This document shows, piece by piece, positions 23,439 through 31,659 of a DNA stretch of 64,000 bases (within the stretch, counting starts at the first letter, position 1; each line of letters begins with the position of its first letter). The notes beneath the pieces were generated by a model. That model worked only from the letters and a program-made list of their open reading frames with translations, was not told where the DNA came from and ran no database searches. Both the position numbers and the translations under genes were made by a program. Source of the stretch: Escherichia phage PSD2001; the sequence record OK254198.1, one strand, 5' to 3'.

Positions 23439-24998
23439 ATGAAAAAGAATGCATTAGTTCAAAAATGGTCCGCTCTGTTGGAAAACGAAGCTCTTCCGGA
23501 AATCGTTGGTGCTTCTAAACAAGCTATCATCGCTAAAATCTTTGAAAACCAGGAACAAGATATTCTGACCGCTCCTGAATACCGTGACGAAAAAATCTCC
23601 GAGGCATTTGGTTCTTTCCTGACCGAAGCTGAAATCGGTGGTGACCATGGTTATGATGCTACCAATATTGCTGCTGGCCAGACCTCTGGTGCAGTAACTC
23701 AGATTGGGCCGGCAGTTATGGGCATGGTTCGTCGTGCTATCCCGCATCTGATTGCGTTTGATATTTGCGGCGTACAGCCTCTGAACAACCCGACTGGCCA
23801 GGTATTTGCACTGCGTGCAGTATACGGTAAAGACCCTGTCGCTGCTGGTGCTAAAGAAGCTTTCCATCCGATGTATGCTCCGAACGCTATGTTCTCTGGT
23901 CAGGGCGCTGCTAAGACTTTTGAAGCACTGGCTGCAAGCAAAGTTCTGGAAGTTGGTAAAATTTATTCTCACTTCTTCGAAGCAACTGGTTCCGCGCACT
24001 TCCAGGCTGTTGAAGCTGTAACCGTTGATGCTGCTGCTACTGATGCTGCTAAACTTGACGCTGAAGTTACCAAACTGCTCGAAGCTGGTAAGCTGGCTGA
24101 ATTGGCTGAAGGTATGGCTACCTCCATCGCCGAACTGCAAGAAGGTTTTAACGGTTCCTCTGATAACCCGTGGAACGAAATGGGCTTCCGCATCGACAAA
24201 CAAGTTATCGAAGCTAAATCCCGTCAGCTGAAAGCAAGCTACTCCATCGAACTGGCACAGGACCTCCGCGCTGTTCATGGTATGGATGCTGATGCCGAAT
24301 TGAGTGGTATTCTGGCTACCGAAATTATGCTGGAAATCAACCGCGAAGTTATCGATTGGATTAACTACTCCGCACAGGTTGGTAAATCTGGTATGACCAA
24401 CACCGTTGGCGCTAAAGCTGGTGTGTTTGACTTCCAGGACCCGATTGATATCCGTGGTGCTCGTTGGGCTGGTGAAAGCTTCAAAGCTTTACTGTTCCAG
24501 ATTGATAAAGAAGCCGCTGAAATCGCTCGTCAGACCGGTCGTGGTGCAGGTAACTTCATCATCGCTTCCCGTAACGTAGTTAACGTGCTGGCTGCTGTTG
24601 ATACTTCTGTTAGTTATGCTGCTCAGGGTCTGGGTAAAGGTTTCAACGTTGACACCACTAAAGCTGTGTTCGCTGGTGTTCTGGGTGGCAAATACCGTGT
24701 CTATATCGACCAGTATGCTCGTGCAGATTACTTCACCATCGGTTACAAAGGCGCTAACGAAATGGATGCTGGTATCTACTACGCACCATATGTTGCACTG
24801 ACCCCGCTGCGTGGTTCTGACCCGAAAAACTTCCAGCCGGTTATGGGCTTCAAAACCCGTTACGGTATCGGTATCAACCCGTTTGCTGACCCTGCTGCTC
24901 AGGCTCCGACCAAGCGCATTCAGAACGGCATGCCGGACATCGTTAACAGCCTTGGCTTGAACGGTTACTTCCGCCGCGTATATGTTAAAGGAATTTAA
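23439..24998 (+). CDS. 23: Major capsid protein gp23
   Basis: 519 aa; long stretches identical to remembered T4 gp23 (e.g. GGDHGY.ATNIAAGQTSGAVTQIGPAVMGMVRRAIP). Confidence 0.95.
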   Translation: MKKNALVQKWSALLENEALPEIVGASKQAIIAKIFENQEQDILTAPEYRDEKISEAFGSFLTEAEIGGDHGYDATNIAAGQTSGAVTQIGPAVMGMVRRAIPHLIAFDICGVQPLNNPTGQVFALRAVYGKDPVAAGAKEAFHPMYAPNAMFSGQGAAKTFEALAASKVLEVGKIYSHFFEATGSAHFQAVEAVTVDAAATDAAKLDAEVTKLLEAGKLAELAEGMATSIAELQEGFNGSSDNPWNEMGFRIDKQVIEAKSRQLKASYSIELAQDLRAVHGMDADAELSGILATEIMLEINREVIDWINYSAQVGKSGMTNTVGAKAGVFDFQDPIDIRGARWAGESFKALLFQIDKEAAEIARQTGRGAGNFIIASRNVVNVLAAVDTSVSYAAQGLGKGFNVDTTKAVFAGVLGGKYRVYIDQYARADYFTIGYKGANEMDAGIYYAPYVALTPLRGSDPKNFQPVMGFKTRYGIGINPFADPAAQAPTKRIQNGMPDIVNSLGLNGYFRRVYVKGI

Positions 24999-25020
24999 TC
25001 CTAGATTAAGTTAAATAAAA

Positions 25021-25049
25021 AGGGACCCTTGAGGTCCCTTTCTTGTTTT
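25021..25049. terminator. Bidirectional terminator between gene 23 (plus) and the 93-aa minus-strand ORF
   Basis: AGGGACCCTTGAGGTCCCT hairpin flanked by an A-run and a T-rich tract. Confidence 0.65.
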
Positions 25050-25330
25050 CATACCATACCATTTAAATGAACTTCTACCCGGCGCTTGATGAGGTCTCTG
25101 AAGTTAACATTGTTTTCTTGAAGTTTCAACCAGTTACCATTTTTATCTTTAGTGTGAGTAGAATAATTACCATTCCACCAGAAATCAGTGTCATATGCTA
25201 AGTTTTCATATTTTTTAACTAATTTGTTCAGAGCATTACCATTAACACCATTTGGGTATTTGTTGACCAATGCAATAACTTCAATTTCCAATTTTTTAAA
25301 GGTGTTCAGAAGGAAAGTTGATTTGTTCAT
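25049..25330 (-). CDS. Hypothetical 93-aa protein on the antisense strand between genes 23 and 24
   Basis: ATG-initiated ORF with a GGAG RBS and its own early-type promoter; no recognisable motif. Confidence 0.5.
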   Translation of the reverse strand: MNKSTFLLNTFKKLEIEVIALVNKYPNGVNGNALNKLVKKYENLAYDTDFWWNGNYSTHTKDKNGNWLKLQENNVNFRDLIKRRVEVHLNGMV

Positions 25331-25370
25331 TTTAAACTCCAGGTTTTGTTTGTTAACTCAGTATGGAATC

Positions 25371-25400
25371 ATTATGTCTTATCTTAATCTGGTTGTAAAC
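25371..25400 (-). promoter_or_regulatory. Early-type promoter (GTTTAC, 18 nt, CATAAT) for the 93-aa ORF
   Basis: Minus strand GTTTACaaccagattaagataagaCATAAT; leader nearly identical to the one at 50734-50804. Confidence 0.5.
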
Positions 25401-25406
25401 AACTTT

Positions 25407-25414
25407 TATAAATA
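25407..25414 (+). promoter_or_regulatory. T4-type late promoter (TATAAATA) for gene 24
   Basis: Exact TATAAATA 26 nt upstream of the gp24 ATG. Confidence 0.6.
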
Positions 25415-25440
25415 AAGTATATCACAAAAGGAAAGCGCAA

Positions 25441-26721
25441 ATGGCAAAGATTAACAAATTACTGCGCGAGTCAACTACCACTACCAGCAACTCCTTGGGC
25501 CGCCCGAATCTTGTTGCTTTGACCCGCGCTACAACCAAATTGATTTACCGCGATATTATCGCTGAACAACGTACGAACCAGCCAGTTGCGGCTCTGTACG
25601 GTGTTAAATATCTTACTCCTGATAATGAATTCAGTTTCCAAACTGGTGCCGTTTATGGTGGTGAAGTTGGTTCTAAAGACCGTGAAACTATCCCGGAATT
25701 TACAACCCCAACTCAAGCCGTAGCTAAAGGTGGATACATTAAATTCCAGAATATCGTTTATAAAGCTCTGGTTGATAATCCATTTGCATCGACTACCGAA
25801 ACTGTATTATCCGATGTTCTGCAAGAAGGTCTTATTGCATTAACTATTCGTTTGGTTCCTGATGCGGCGCACACCGAGAAATTTGAAGCCGGGGATGTTG
25901 AGATTAGTAATGCTGTATTCCAGGTCAACAAATGGAATGCTCCGGTTAAAACACGTAAATTGAAAACTGCATTAACTGTTGAGCTTGCTCAGGATATGGA
26001 AGCAAATGGGTTTAATGCTCCTGCTTTCCTGGAAGACTTGCTTGCCACTATTATGGCAGATGAAATTAACAAAGATGTTCTTCAGTCTCTTATTACCGTT
26101 TCCAAGCGTTATAAAGTAACTGGTGTTTCTGACAATGGCGTCATCGATTTAACATATGATGCAGCTCCAGAAGGCGCACGTAAACTGTACGAACTAGTTT
26201 GTGAAATGAACTCCGAGATTCAGAAAACTACATCTTATTCCGGTACCTTTGTTGTTGCCTCTAGCCGTGTTGCTGCTATGTTGGCTGGCTCTGGCTGGCT
26301 GAAACATAAACCAGAAGATGAACAATGGCTTCCTGAAACAGCGTACGGTTATTTGATTAATGGCCTCCCTGTATTCTGTGATGTTAACAGTCCATTAGAT
26401 TATGTAACCGTTGGCGTTAAAGAAAATTACGGCGGAAACGAAGTCGTAGGCTCAATCTTCTATGCTCCTTATACCGAAGGTCTGGACTTAGATGATGAAG
26501 AGCATGTAGGCGCGTTTAAGGTCATTGTGGACCCTGACAGTTTGCAACCAGCTATCTCTTTGATGGTTCGTTATGCACTTTCAGCTAACCCGTACACCGT
26601 TGCTAAAGACGATAAAGAAGCTCGTATTATCGACGCAACCAATATGGATTTAATGGCCGGTCAGAGCAATATGTCTTATCTGCTCGGTGTTAAACTTCCG
26701 CCAATCATTTATGAGGCGTAA
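25441..26721 (+). CDS. 24: Capsid vertex protein gp24 (copy 1, T4-like)
   Basis: 426 aa; N-terminus MAKINKLLRESTTTTSNSLGRPNLVALTRATTKLIY closely matches T4 gp24. Confidence 0.92.
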   Translation: MAKINKLLRESTTTTSNSLGRPNLVALTRATTKLIYRDIIAEQRTNQPVAALYGVKYLTPDNEFSFQTGAVYGGEVGSKDRETIPEFTTPTQAVAKGGYIKFQNIVYKALVDNPFASTTETVLSDVLQEGLIALTIRLVPDAAHTEKFEAGDVEISNAVFQVNKWNAPVKTRKLKTALTVELAQDMEANGFNAPAFLEDLLATIMADEINKDVLQSLITVSKRYKVTGVSDNGVIDLTYDAAPEGARKLYELVCEMNSEIQKTTSYSGTFVVASSRVAAMLAGSGWLKHKPEDEQWLPETAYGYLINGLPVFCDVNSPLDYVTVGVKENYGGNEVVGSIFYAPYTEGLDLDDEEHVGAFKVIVDPDSLQPAISLMVRYALSANPYTVAKDDKEARIIDATNMDLMAGQSNMSYLLGVKLPPIIYEA

Positions 26722-28005
26722 ATGCAAAAGATTAACGCACTAATTCACGAATCAACATTAACGGCGGCCAACCAGGTCGCCCGTCCTAATTTACTTTCTT
26801 ATACTCAGGCTACGAATAAACGAATTTTTAAAGCGCTCGTGGCTGAACAGAAAACTACCCAGCCTGTTGCTGCGTTGTATGGTGTTCGTGTTCTGAACCC
26901 AGATGATAAAATGACTTATCTTGGCGGAGCAACATTTGCAGGTCAGATTGGTATGTTCGAGCGTAAGAATATCCCAGAATTTACGAACAAAGACGAAGAT
27001 TATGCAGTCGGTGATATGTTCCAGTTTGAAAGTGTTGTGTTCAAAGTTTTGGAAGCATCACCATTCGCCGGGACTCTCGAAACTGATTTGGGTGAAGTTA
27101 TTTCTGAAGCCATTGCGGCTGGCCATATAAGAATGATGTCAGATGCAGCTTTCACTGATAAATTTGAAAAAGGTCATCCTGAAATTGCTGAAGCTGGTTT
27201 TCGTATTGATAAATGGCAGACTGAAGTTAAATCCAGAAAGCTGAAAACTTCTTTAACTGTTGAGCTTGCTCAAGACCTGGAAGCAAACGGTTTCGATGCA
27301 ACAGACTTCATCGATAATATTCTCGGCATTCAAATGGCAGAGGAAATTAATAAGGATGTACTGCAATCCCTTATTACTGTCAGTTCTCGCTTCAAGGTGC
27401 AAGGTGTTTCTGAAAAAGGTGTATTGAATCTAACTGACCCGAAATATGATAATGCTCAGGACCGTGCGCGAACCCTGTATTATTATATGTGTGAAATGAA
27501 CTCTGCAGTTCAACGTCAGACTTCGTTTGCTGGCACATATGCAGTCGCTTCTTCCCGTTGTGCAGCTATTTTAGCAGCTTCTGGTTGGGTTGAGAAAAAG
27601 GAAGACCAGGATGAATTAGCCTATGGCGTTCTGAAGAACGGTTTACCACTTTATGCAGATATGAATAGTCCATGTGATTATGTTATTGTCGGTGTAAATG
27701 CTGATATGGGTGAAGGTCAGACGGTCGCATCTTTGTATTATGCGCCTTATACGGAAGGTCTTAGCGAAGTTGATGATGAGGGTGATACCTCGGTCGGGGA
27801 ATTCAAGGTTATTGTTGACCCTGAAAGCTTGCAGCCTACTGTTGCGCTATTAGCTCGTTATGCATTGACAGCGAACCCTTATACGGTTGCGAAAGATGAT
27901 AAAGAAGCTCGCATTATTGATGGTGCTGATATGGATAAGATGGCTAACCAAAGCCAATTGAGTTCTTATCTTGGTGTTAAACTTCCACCACTGGAAAAAG
28001 AATAA
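26722..28005 (+). CDS. Capsid vertex protein gp24 paralog (copy 2, diverged)
   Basis: 427 aa, collinear with copy 1 (shared blocks RKLKT.LTVELAQD.EANGF, EINKDVLQSLITVS, ANPYTVAKDDKEARIID); starts at the ATG directly after the copy 1 stop. Confidence 0.85.
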   Translation: MQKINALIHESTLTAANQVARPNLLSYTQATNKRIFKALVAEQKTTQPVAALYGVRVLNPDDKMTYLGGATFAGQIGMFERKNIPEFTNKDEDYAVGDMFQFESVVFKVLEASPFAGTLETDLGEVISEAIAAGHIRMMSDAAFTDKFEKGHPEIAEAGFRIDKWQTEVKSRKLKTSLTVELAQDLEANGFDATDFIDNILGIQMAEEINKDVLQSLITVSSRFKVQGVSEKGVLNLTDPKYDNAQDRARTLYYYMCEMNSAVQRQTSFAGTYAVASSRCAAILAASGWVEKKEDQDELAYGVLKNGLPLYADMNSPCDYVIVGVNADMGEGQTVASLYYAPYTEGLSEVDDEGDTSVGEFKVIVDPESLQPTVALLARYALTANPYTVAKDDKEARIIDGADMDKMANQSQLSSYLGVKLPPLEKE

Positions 28006-28027
28006 GGGCCTTGCGGCCCTTTTTTTT
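28006..28027. terminator. Bidirectional terminator between gp24 copy 2 (plus) and rnlB (minus)
   Basis: GGGCCTTGCGGCCC hairpin with an A-run upstream and TTTTTTTT downstream. Confidence 0.7.
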
Positions 28028-29033
28028 ATTCACTAACTAATGCAATCCAAACGTGTCTTAATGTTTCTCTTACATTTGCGATGAGTTGCTTTTTAACTTC
28101 AACAGGATTTTCCGCCAGGGTCAATTCAAGGCCTTCGCGCCCGGCTTCTTCCAGAATATCTTGAACTGTTAGCCCCATTACCTTTCCAAAATCCTTCGGT
28201 GTTACTTCCCCAATTTTACTGATAACATTGTTGATACGGTTAACAGTCACATAATCAGTGAAATTCCACAGTAAATCCATATCATTTTGGCTCAGAACCA
28301 CTGCAGCCTTAATAGGCTTATCAGACTTTTTCTTTTCACTGAATTTAGAGTTCTTACATTTAATCGCTACACGCTCGCCGTTAGGTAACCATGCAGGAAC
28401 ATCAGGTTTTAATACAAATCCTTCAGCAGTGAATACTTTACCTTCCACCTTTGCATCAAAATCAGTGGTATTTGCTGTAGTCAATCCTGCGTTATCCACT
28501 GTAAAATTGTAATCAGGGACCACAGAATCCAGGTCATTAGGTAGCTTAATTAATTCTTCAAAACTACCTGTAGCCAGGCGCGGGGCAACTTTAAACTTAT
28601 GAATAATACAAAAGGCTTCCATAAGTGTGTCAGTCAGGACGGATTCAGAGCCATCTTCCTTAGTAACGCGGATATCAAACACATAGAAATCTTTATCGCC
28701 GTAATTCACATTCTTCTGAATACCTGTACCAGCAAACTCACCATAAATCTGATATGCCTGATAATTAATATCCTGCAAAAGTTTCTGCACAGATTTAATA
28801 GAATCTGCATAGTTCTTTAATACAATTTCATAACCATAGAAATCTTCTGCAGGTAGGATAGGTCCAGTGCGTTTCGCACATGTCACATTGTCTTGTTCAA
28901 TGATTAATGAAAAGTTGGTACCATGAATCTTCTCGCGAGCTACCCATTCACCGCTGGTGAAGCCTTGCAGGCGAATCTTTTCAATGAACTTGTTGTTATA
29001 GTGATTTTCAAGGCTGTTGTATTTCTTAAACAT
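28026..29033 (-). CDS. rnlB: RNA ligase 2
   Basis: 335 aa; N-terminus and motif I ([10 protein letters not shown]) closely match T4 Rnl2. Confidence 0.92.
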   Translation of the reverse strand: MFKKYNSLENHYNNKFIEKIRLQGFTSGEWVAREKIHGTNFSLIIEQDNVTCAKRTGPILPAEDFYGYEIVLKNYADSIKSVQKLLQDINYQAYQIYGEFAGTGIQKNVNYGDKDFYVFDIRVTKEDGSESVLTDTLMEAFCIIHKFKVAPRLATGSFEELIKLPNDLDSVVPDYNFTVDNAGLTTANTTDFDAKVEGKVFTAEGFVLKPDVPAWLPNGERVAIKCKNSKFSEKKKSDKPIKAAVVLSQNDMDLLWNFTDYVTVNRINNVISKIGEVTPKDFGKVMGLTVQDILEEAGREGLELTLAENPVEVKKQLIANVRETLRHVWIALVSE

Positions 29034-29132
29034 AATCTCTCACTTTTGATGTTATAAATATCATTATAAATTAGACCCACTATACTTTCTTTCTTTGAAA
29101 GGAATTAATAGTCGCAAAGGGGTCTAGAACCA

Positions 29133-29159
29133 TTATACCACAATTTTATTTGAAGCAAA
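29133..29159 (-). promoter_or_regulatory. Middle promoter for rnlB (MotA box TTTGCTTCA, 13 nt, TATAAT)
   Basis: Minus strand TTTGCTTCAaataaaattgtggTATAATGGTTCTAGACCCC. Confidence 0.55.
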
Positions 29160-29163
29160 AAGG

Positions 29164-29427
29164 TCAGAATTTTACATACAATGTTGGCTTGTTTTCTTGC
29201 CAGTCATAATTCCAGGTAAATGATGTAAATTTTTCTGCTCGCAGAAATTCAGATATCTTTGCGCGGTTTCCTTCTTCATACTCTTTTTCAGAAACTGCCA
29301 TATTAACAGCATCTTTGCCATTTTCAGCGGCGGCAATAGCCACTTTGCGAAATATAGCAATAAAGTCATTTGCAACTTTATCTTGTGACTCTTTGGCTAT
29401 TTGGCGTAGTTCTTCTGCAAATGTCAT
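29164..29427 (-). CDS. Hypothetical protein (position of T4 24.2/24.3)
   Basis: 87-aa ATG-initiated ORF, 4-nt overlap with the upstream ORF. Confidence 0.55.
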   Translation of the reverse strand: MTFAEELRQIAKESQDKVANDFIAIFRKVAIAAAENGKDAVNMAVSEKEYEEGNRAKISEFLRAEKFTSFTWNYDWQENKPTLYVKF

Positions 29428-29627
29428 TTCTTCACCTTTTTGTTATTCAAACGTTTACGATAAACAATCTTTTCTTTCGCTTTAAATTTAGCTTTGGCTT
29501 GTTCTACATCAACCCAGGCTTTTGCCATCTCTTTAGCAGTCCCGCCTAATACCTTGGCGATTTCAATAAATGTCATACCAGATTCATGCAGAAAATGTAC
29601 TTTAACCTTATCCATAATGATTCTCAT
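29424..29627 (-). CDS. Hypothetical small basic protein with a helix-turn-helix-like segment
   Basis: 67 aa; MTFIEIAKVLGGTAKEMAKAW resembles an HTH; lysine-rich C-terminus. Confidence 0.5.
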   Translation of the reverse strand: MRIIMDKVKVHFLHESGMTFIEIAKVLGGTAKEMAKAWVDVEQAKAKFKAKEKIVYRKRLNNKKVKK

Positions 29628-29644
29628 GTTGAGTTAGTGAAGCT

Positions 29645-29674
29645 ATCTTAACATGGAATTTTTAACTTGTAAAC
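29645..29674 (-). promoter_or_regulatory. Early-type promoter (GTTTAC, 18 nt, TAAGAT)
   Basis: Minus strand GTTTACaagttaaaaattccatgtTAAGAT upstream of the 67-aa ORF. Confidence 0.4.
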
Positions 29675-29773
29675 AGGAGTTTTATGCCAGATGGACAATT
29701 GTTATGGTATGACCACAAAGACTCACTGGAGAAAGGGCCCAAGACAACGTTTGCTCAGTACCATAAAAACAAA

Positions 29774-29794
29774 GGGACCCGAAGGTCCCTTTTT
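29774..29794. terminator. Terminator after hoc
   Basis: GGGACCCGAAGGTCCC hairpin with flanking A/T runs; same sequence as the terminator at 41507. Confidence 0.65.
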
Positions 29795-29796
29795 AA

Positions 29797-30930
29797 TTAA
29801 TAAACGTAATCGTATATAATACCAGCTTCTAAAGCGGTGCGATGAATAATTCGACCATTACGAGATTCTTGTACATCAACCTCTGGATAGTCGGTAATCA
29901 TTTTTTGAAGGGTATATCGGTGCAAATAATACGGGCTATCTGGAGCATCAGTTTTCCAGTCTTGTCCAGCAAGAGTCATTTTCTGAATTTCGTCCATAAC
30001 CCACCAACCACACCAGATATAAGCTGAATTACGAACTGGCAGCGGATGAACGTAAGGTAATTCGCCATCTGGAACAGGTGCTACTTTAGCTGTGATAGTT
30101 ACATTACCAGTTTTTGTGACAGTCGCCGGGTTATAATCTGTAGCAGATACAACAACAGAAACTTCAATTACCTGTGAACCTTCAGCGCTTGTATCGATTG
30201 CTAGAGTATCCGTGGTGCCAACTACAGGAGAACCGTCTTTCTTCCAAGAATAGGCAAAAGTAGCTCCACTCGGTGCGCCAACTACATCTGCTTTAAATGA
30301 AGCTAGGGTGTCTTCCGGAACATTAATCGAAGCTGGGGTTAATGTCACAGAAACACCTGTCATAGTTTTCTTAACAAAAGTTACCGCAGCTCCTTTAGTT
30401 GCGGTGCCATTATTATAATCGGGTGCAGAAACAGTAACTTCACAGTTCAATGTATAATTTGCTTCTGCTGATTCGGTAACAGTAATAGTTTTACCGGTTT
30501 GACCTGGGATTACGCTAGTGTTACGTTTCCAAACATAAGCGATTGTTGCACCAGAAGGAGCGCCTGTCACGTTAGCAGTAACAACTTGAGATTGCCCCAC
30601 TTCTTTAGTAACAGAGGCCGGGTCTAAAGTCAATGTAATAGCAGGCATTGTTTTATTCTGGATAGTTAAAGTTGTCTCAGCTTCAGCTGTTTCTGGTTCG
30701 CCGTCCGCTGGTGTAGTTGTTGCAACAACTTTAATAGTCTTACTGCCTGCTGGACCAACAGCAATATAATCCATTGCAGCAGTCACAGAAGATTGAGGAA
30801 CGCCATCAACGGTCCAGACAAATGATTCGGTACCTTCAGCTGCAGCACCAGAACCGGTCGCAGTGAAATTGGTTGTTGCTCCAATAACGGCCGTAGCCGC
30901 CAAAGGAGCAATAGTTACGGTATAAGCCAT
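29797..30930 (-). CDS. hoc: Highly immunogenic outer capsid protein Hoc
   Basis: 377 aa vs 376 aa in T4; Ig-like repeats and conserved C-terminal capsid-binding block (ELPYVHPLP...YIWCGWWVMDEIQKMT). Confidence 0.92.
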   Translation of the reverse strand: MAYTVTIAPLAATAVIGATTNFTATGSGAAAEGTESFVWTVDGVPQSSVTAAMDYIAVGPAGSKTIKVVATTTPADGEPETAEAETTLTIQNKTMPAITLTLDPASVTKEVGQSQVVTANVTGAPSGATIAYVWKRNTSVIPGQTGKTITVTESAEANYTLNCEVTVSAPDYNNGTATKGAAVTFVKKTMTGVSVTLTPASINVPEDTLASFKADVVGAPSGATFAYSWKKDGSPVVGTTDTLAIDTSAEGSQVIEVSVVVSATDYNPATVTKTGNVTITAKVAPVPDGELPYVHPLPVRNSAYIWCGWWVMDEIQKMTLAGQDWKTDAPDSPYYLHRYTLQKMITDYPEVDVQESRNGRIIHRTALEAGIIYDYVY

Positions 30931-30939
30931 AATAAACCC

Positions 30940-31605
30940 TTATTTTAAAGTGACAAAAGATGAGTTACGAGTTTCTCGTACTAGAACAGACCCATTACGA
31001 TTGATGTAATAAATCAAACTGAATAGGGTTTGATGCGCGGTAGGATGTGGGAAAGCAGTTGGACGTTCTTTCCAATCTGGAGTCTCGGCAATCCACTGAT
31101 AAATCCACCATGGAACAGTACAGAATCCAGGGTTCTTACCAATAAGCATTAAATTAGGGCTAAAGTTTTTTGGCAAAGTAAATACAGGTTTTTCAGATTC
31201 GATAACCTTAGCAACAGCTGCTTCGAACTTTTCTTCGACAAAAGGAACATCTTCTTCAACCACAACAACTGGTTCTTCGATTTCTACAACTTCAACCTTT
31301 GCTTCGGTTGGAGCATCAAATAATAGTTTGGCTTCTTCTTTAGCAGACTCATCGCCATCAAATTTAGCACCTGACAATTCATCATCGGCATCGATAAGGT
31401 CAGTGATGCTCAGGCCTTCATTATCATCAGGCATAGGCATGTCAGCAAATGCTTTAAGTCCTGCTTCCAGGTCAGCCAACATATTATCAAAGGTTTTTGT
31501 TTTCTTAACATCAACACCAAGTGATGCTGCATATTCGGCTAATTTTTCTTTGGCTTCTTTTTTCTCGAGGACACGAATTTCCTCAATATAGTTCTTGTCA
31601 ATCAT
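30940..31605 (-). CDS. inh: Inhibitor of prohead protease Inh
   Basis: 221 aa vs 226 aa in T4; directly upstream of hoc. Confidence 0.8.
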   Translation of the reverse strand: MIDKNYIEEIRVLEKKEAKEKLAEYAASLGVDVKKTKTFDNMLADLEAGLKAFADMPMPDDNEGLSITDLIDADDELSGAKFDGDESAKEEAKLLFDAPTEAKVEVVEIEEPVVVVEEDVPFVEEKFEAAVAKVIESEKPVFTLPKNFSPNLMLIGKNPGFCTVPWWIYQWIAETPDWKERPTAFPHPTAHQTLFSLIYYINRNGSVLVRETRNSSFVTLK

Positions 31606-31623
31606 GATGAACCTCGGTTAGTG

Positions 31624-31631
31624 TATAAATA
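31624..31631 (+). promoter_or_regulatory. T4-type late promoter (TATAAATA) for uvsW
   Basis: Exact TATAAATA 28 nt upstream of the uvsW ATG. Confidence 0.55.
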
Positions 31632-31659
31632 TAGATATATTTATTACCTTGGAATCATC

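Noticed and set aside
29053-29060. Plus-strand TATAAATA in the rnlB leader
   Set aside because: Oriented away from any plus-strand gene; the 8-mer is expected by chance at this AT content, so not called as a late promoter.
29684-29800. 38-codon plus-strand ORF with strong AGGAG RBS between hoc and the 67-aa gene
   Set aside because: It runs through the hoc terminator hairpin and overlaps the -35 of the minus-strand early promoter; more likely a chance ORF.
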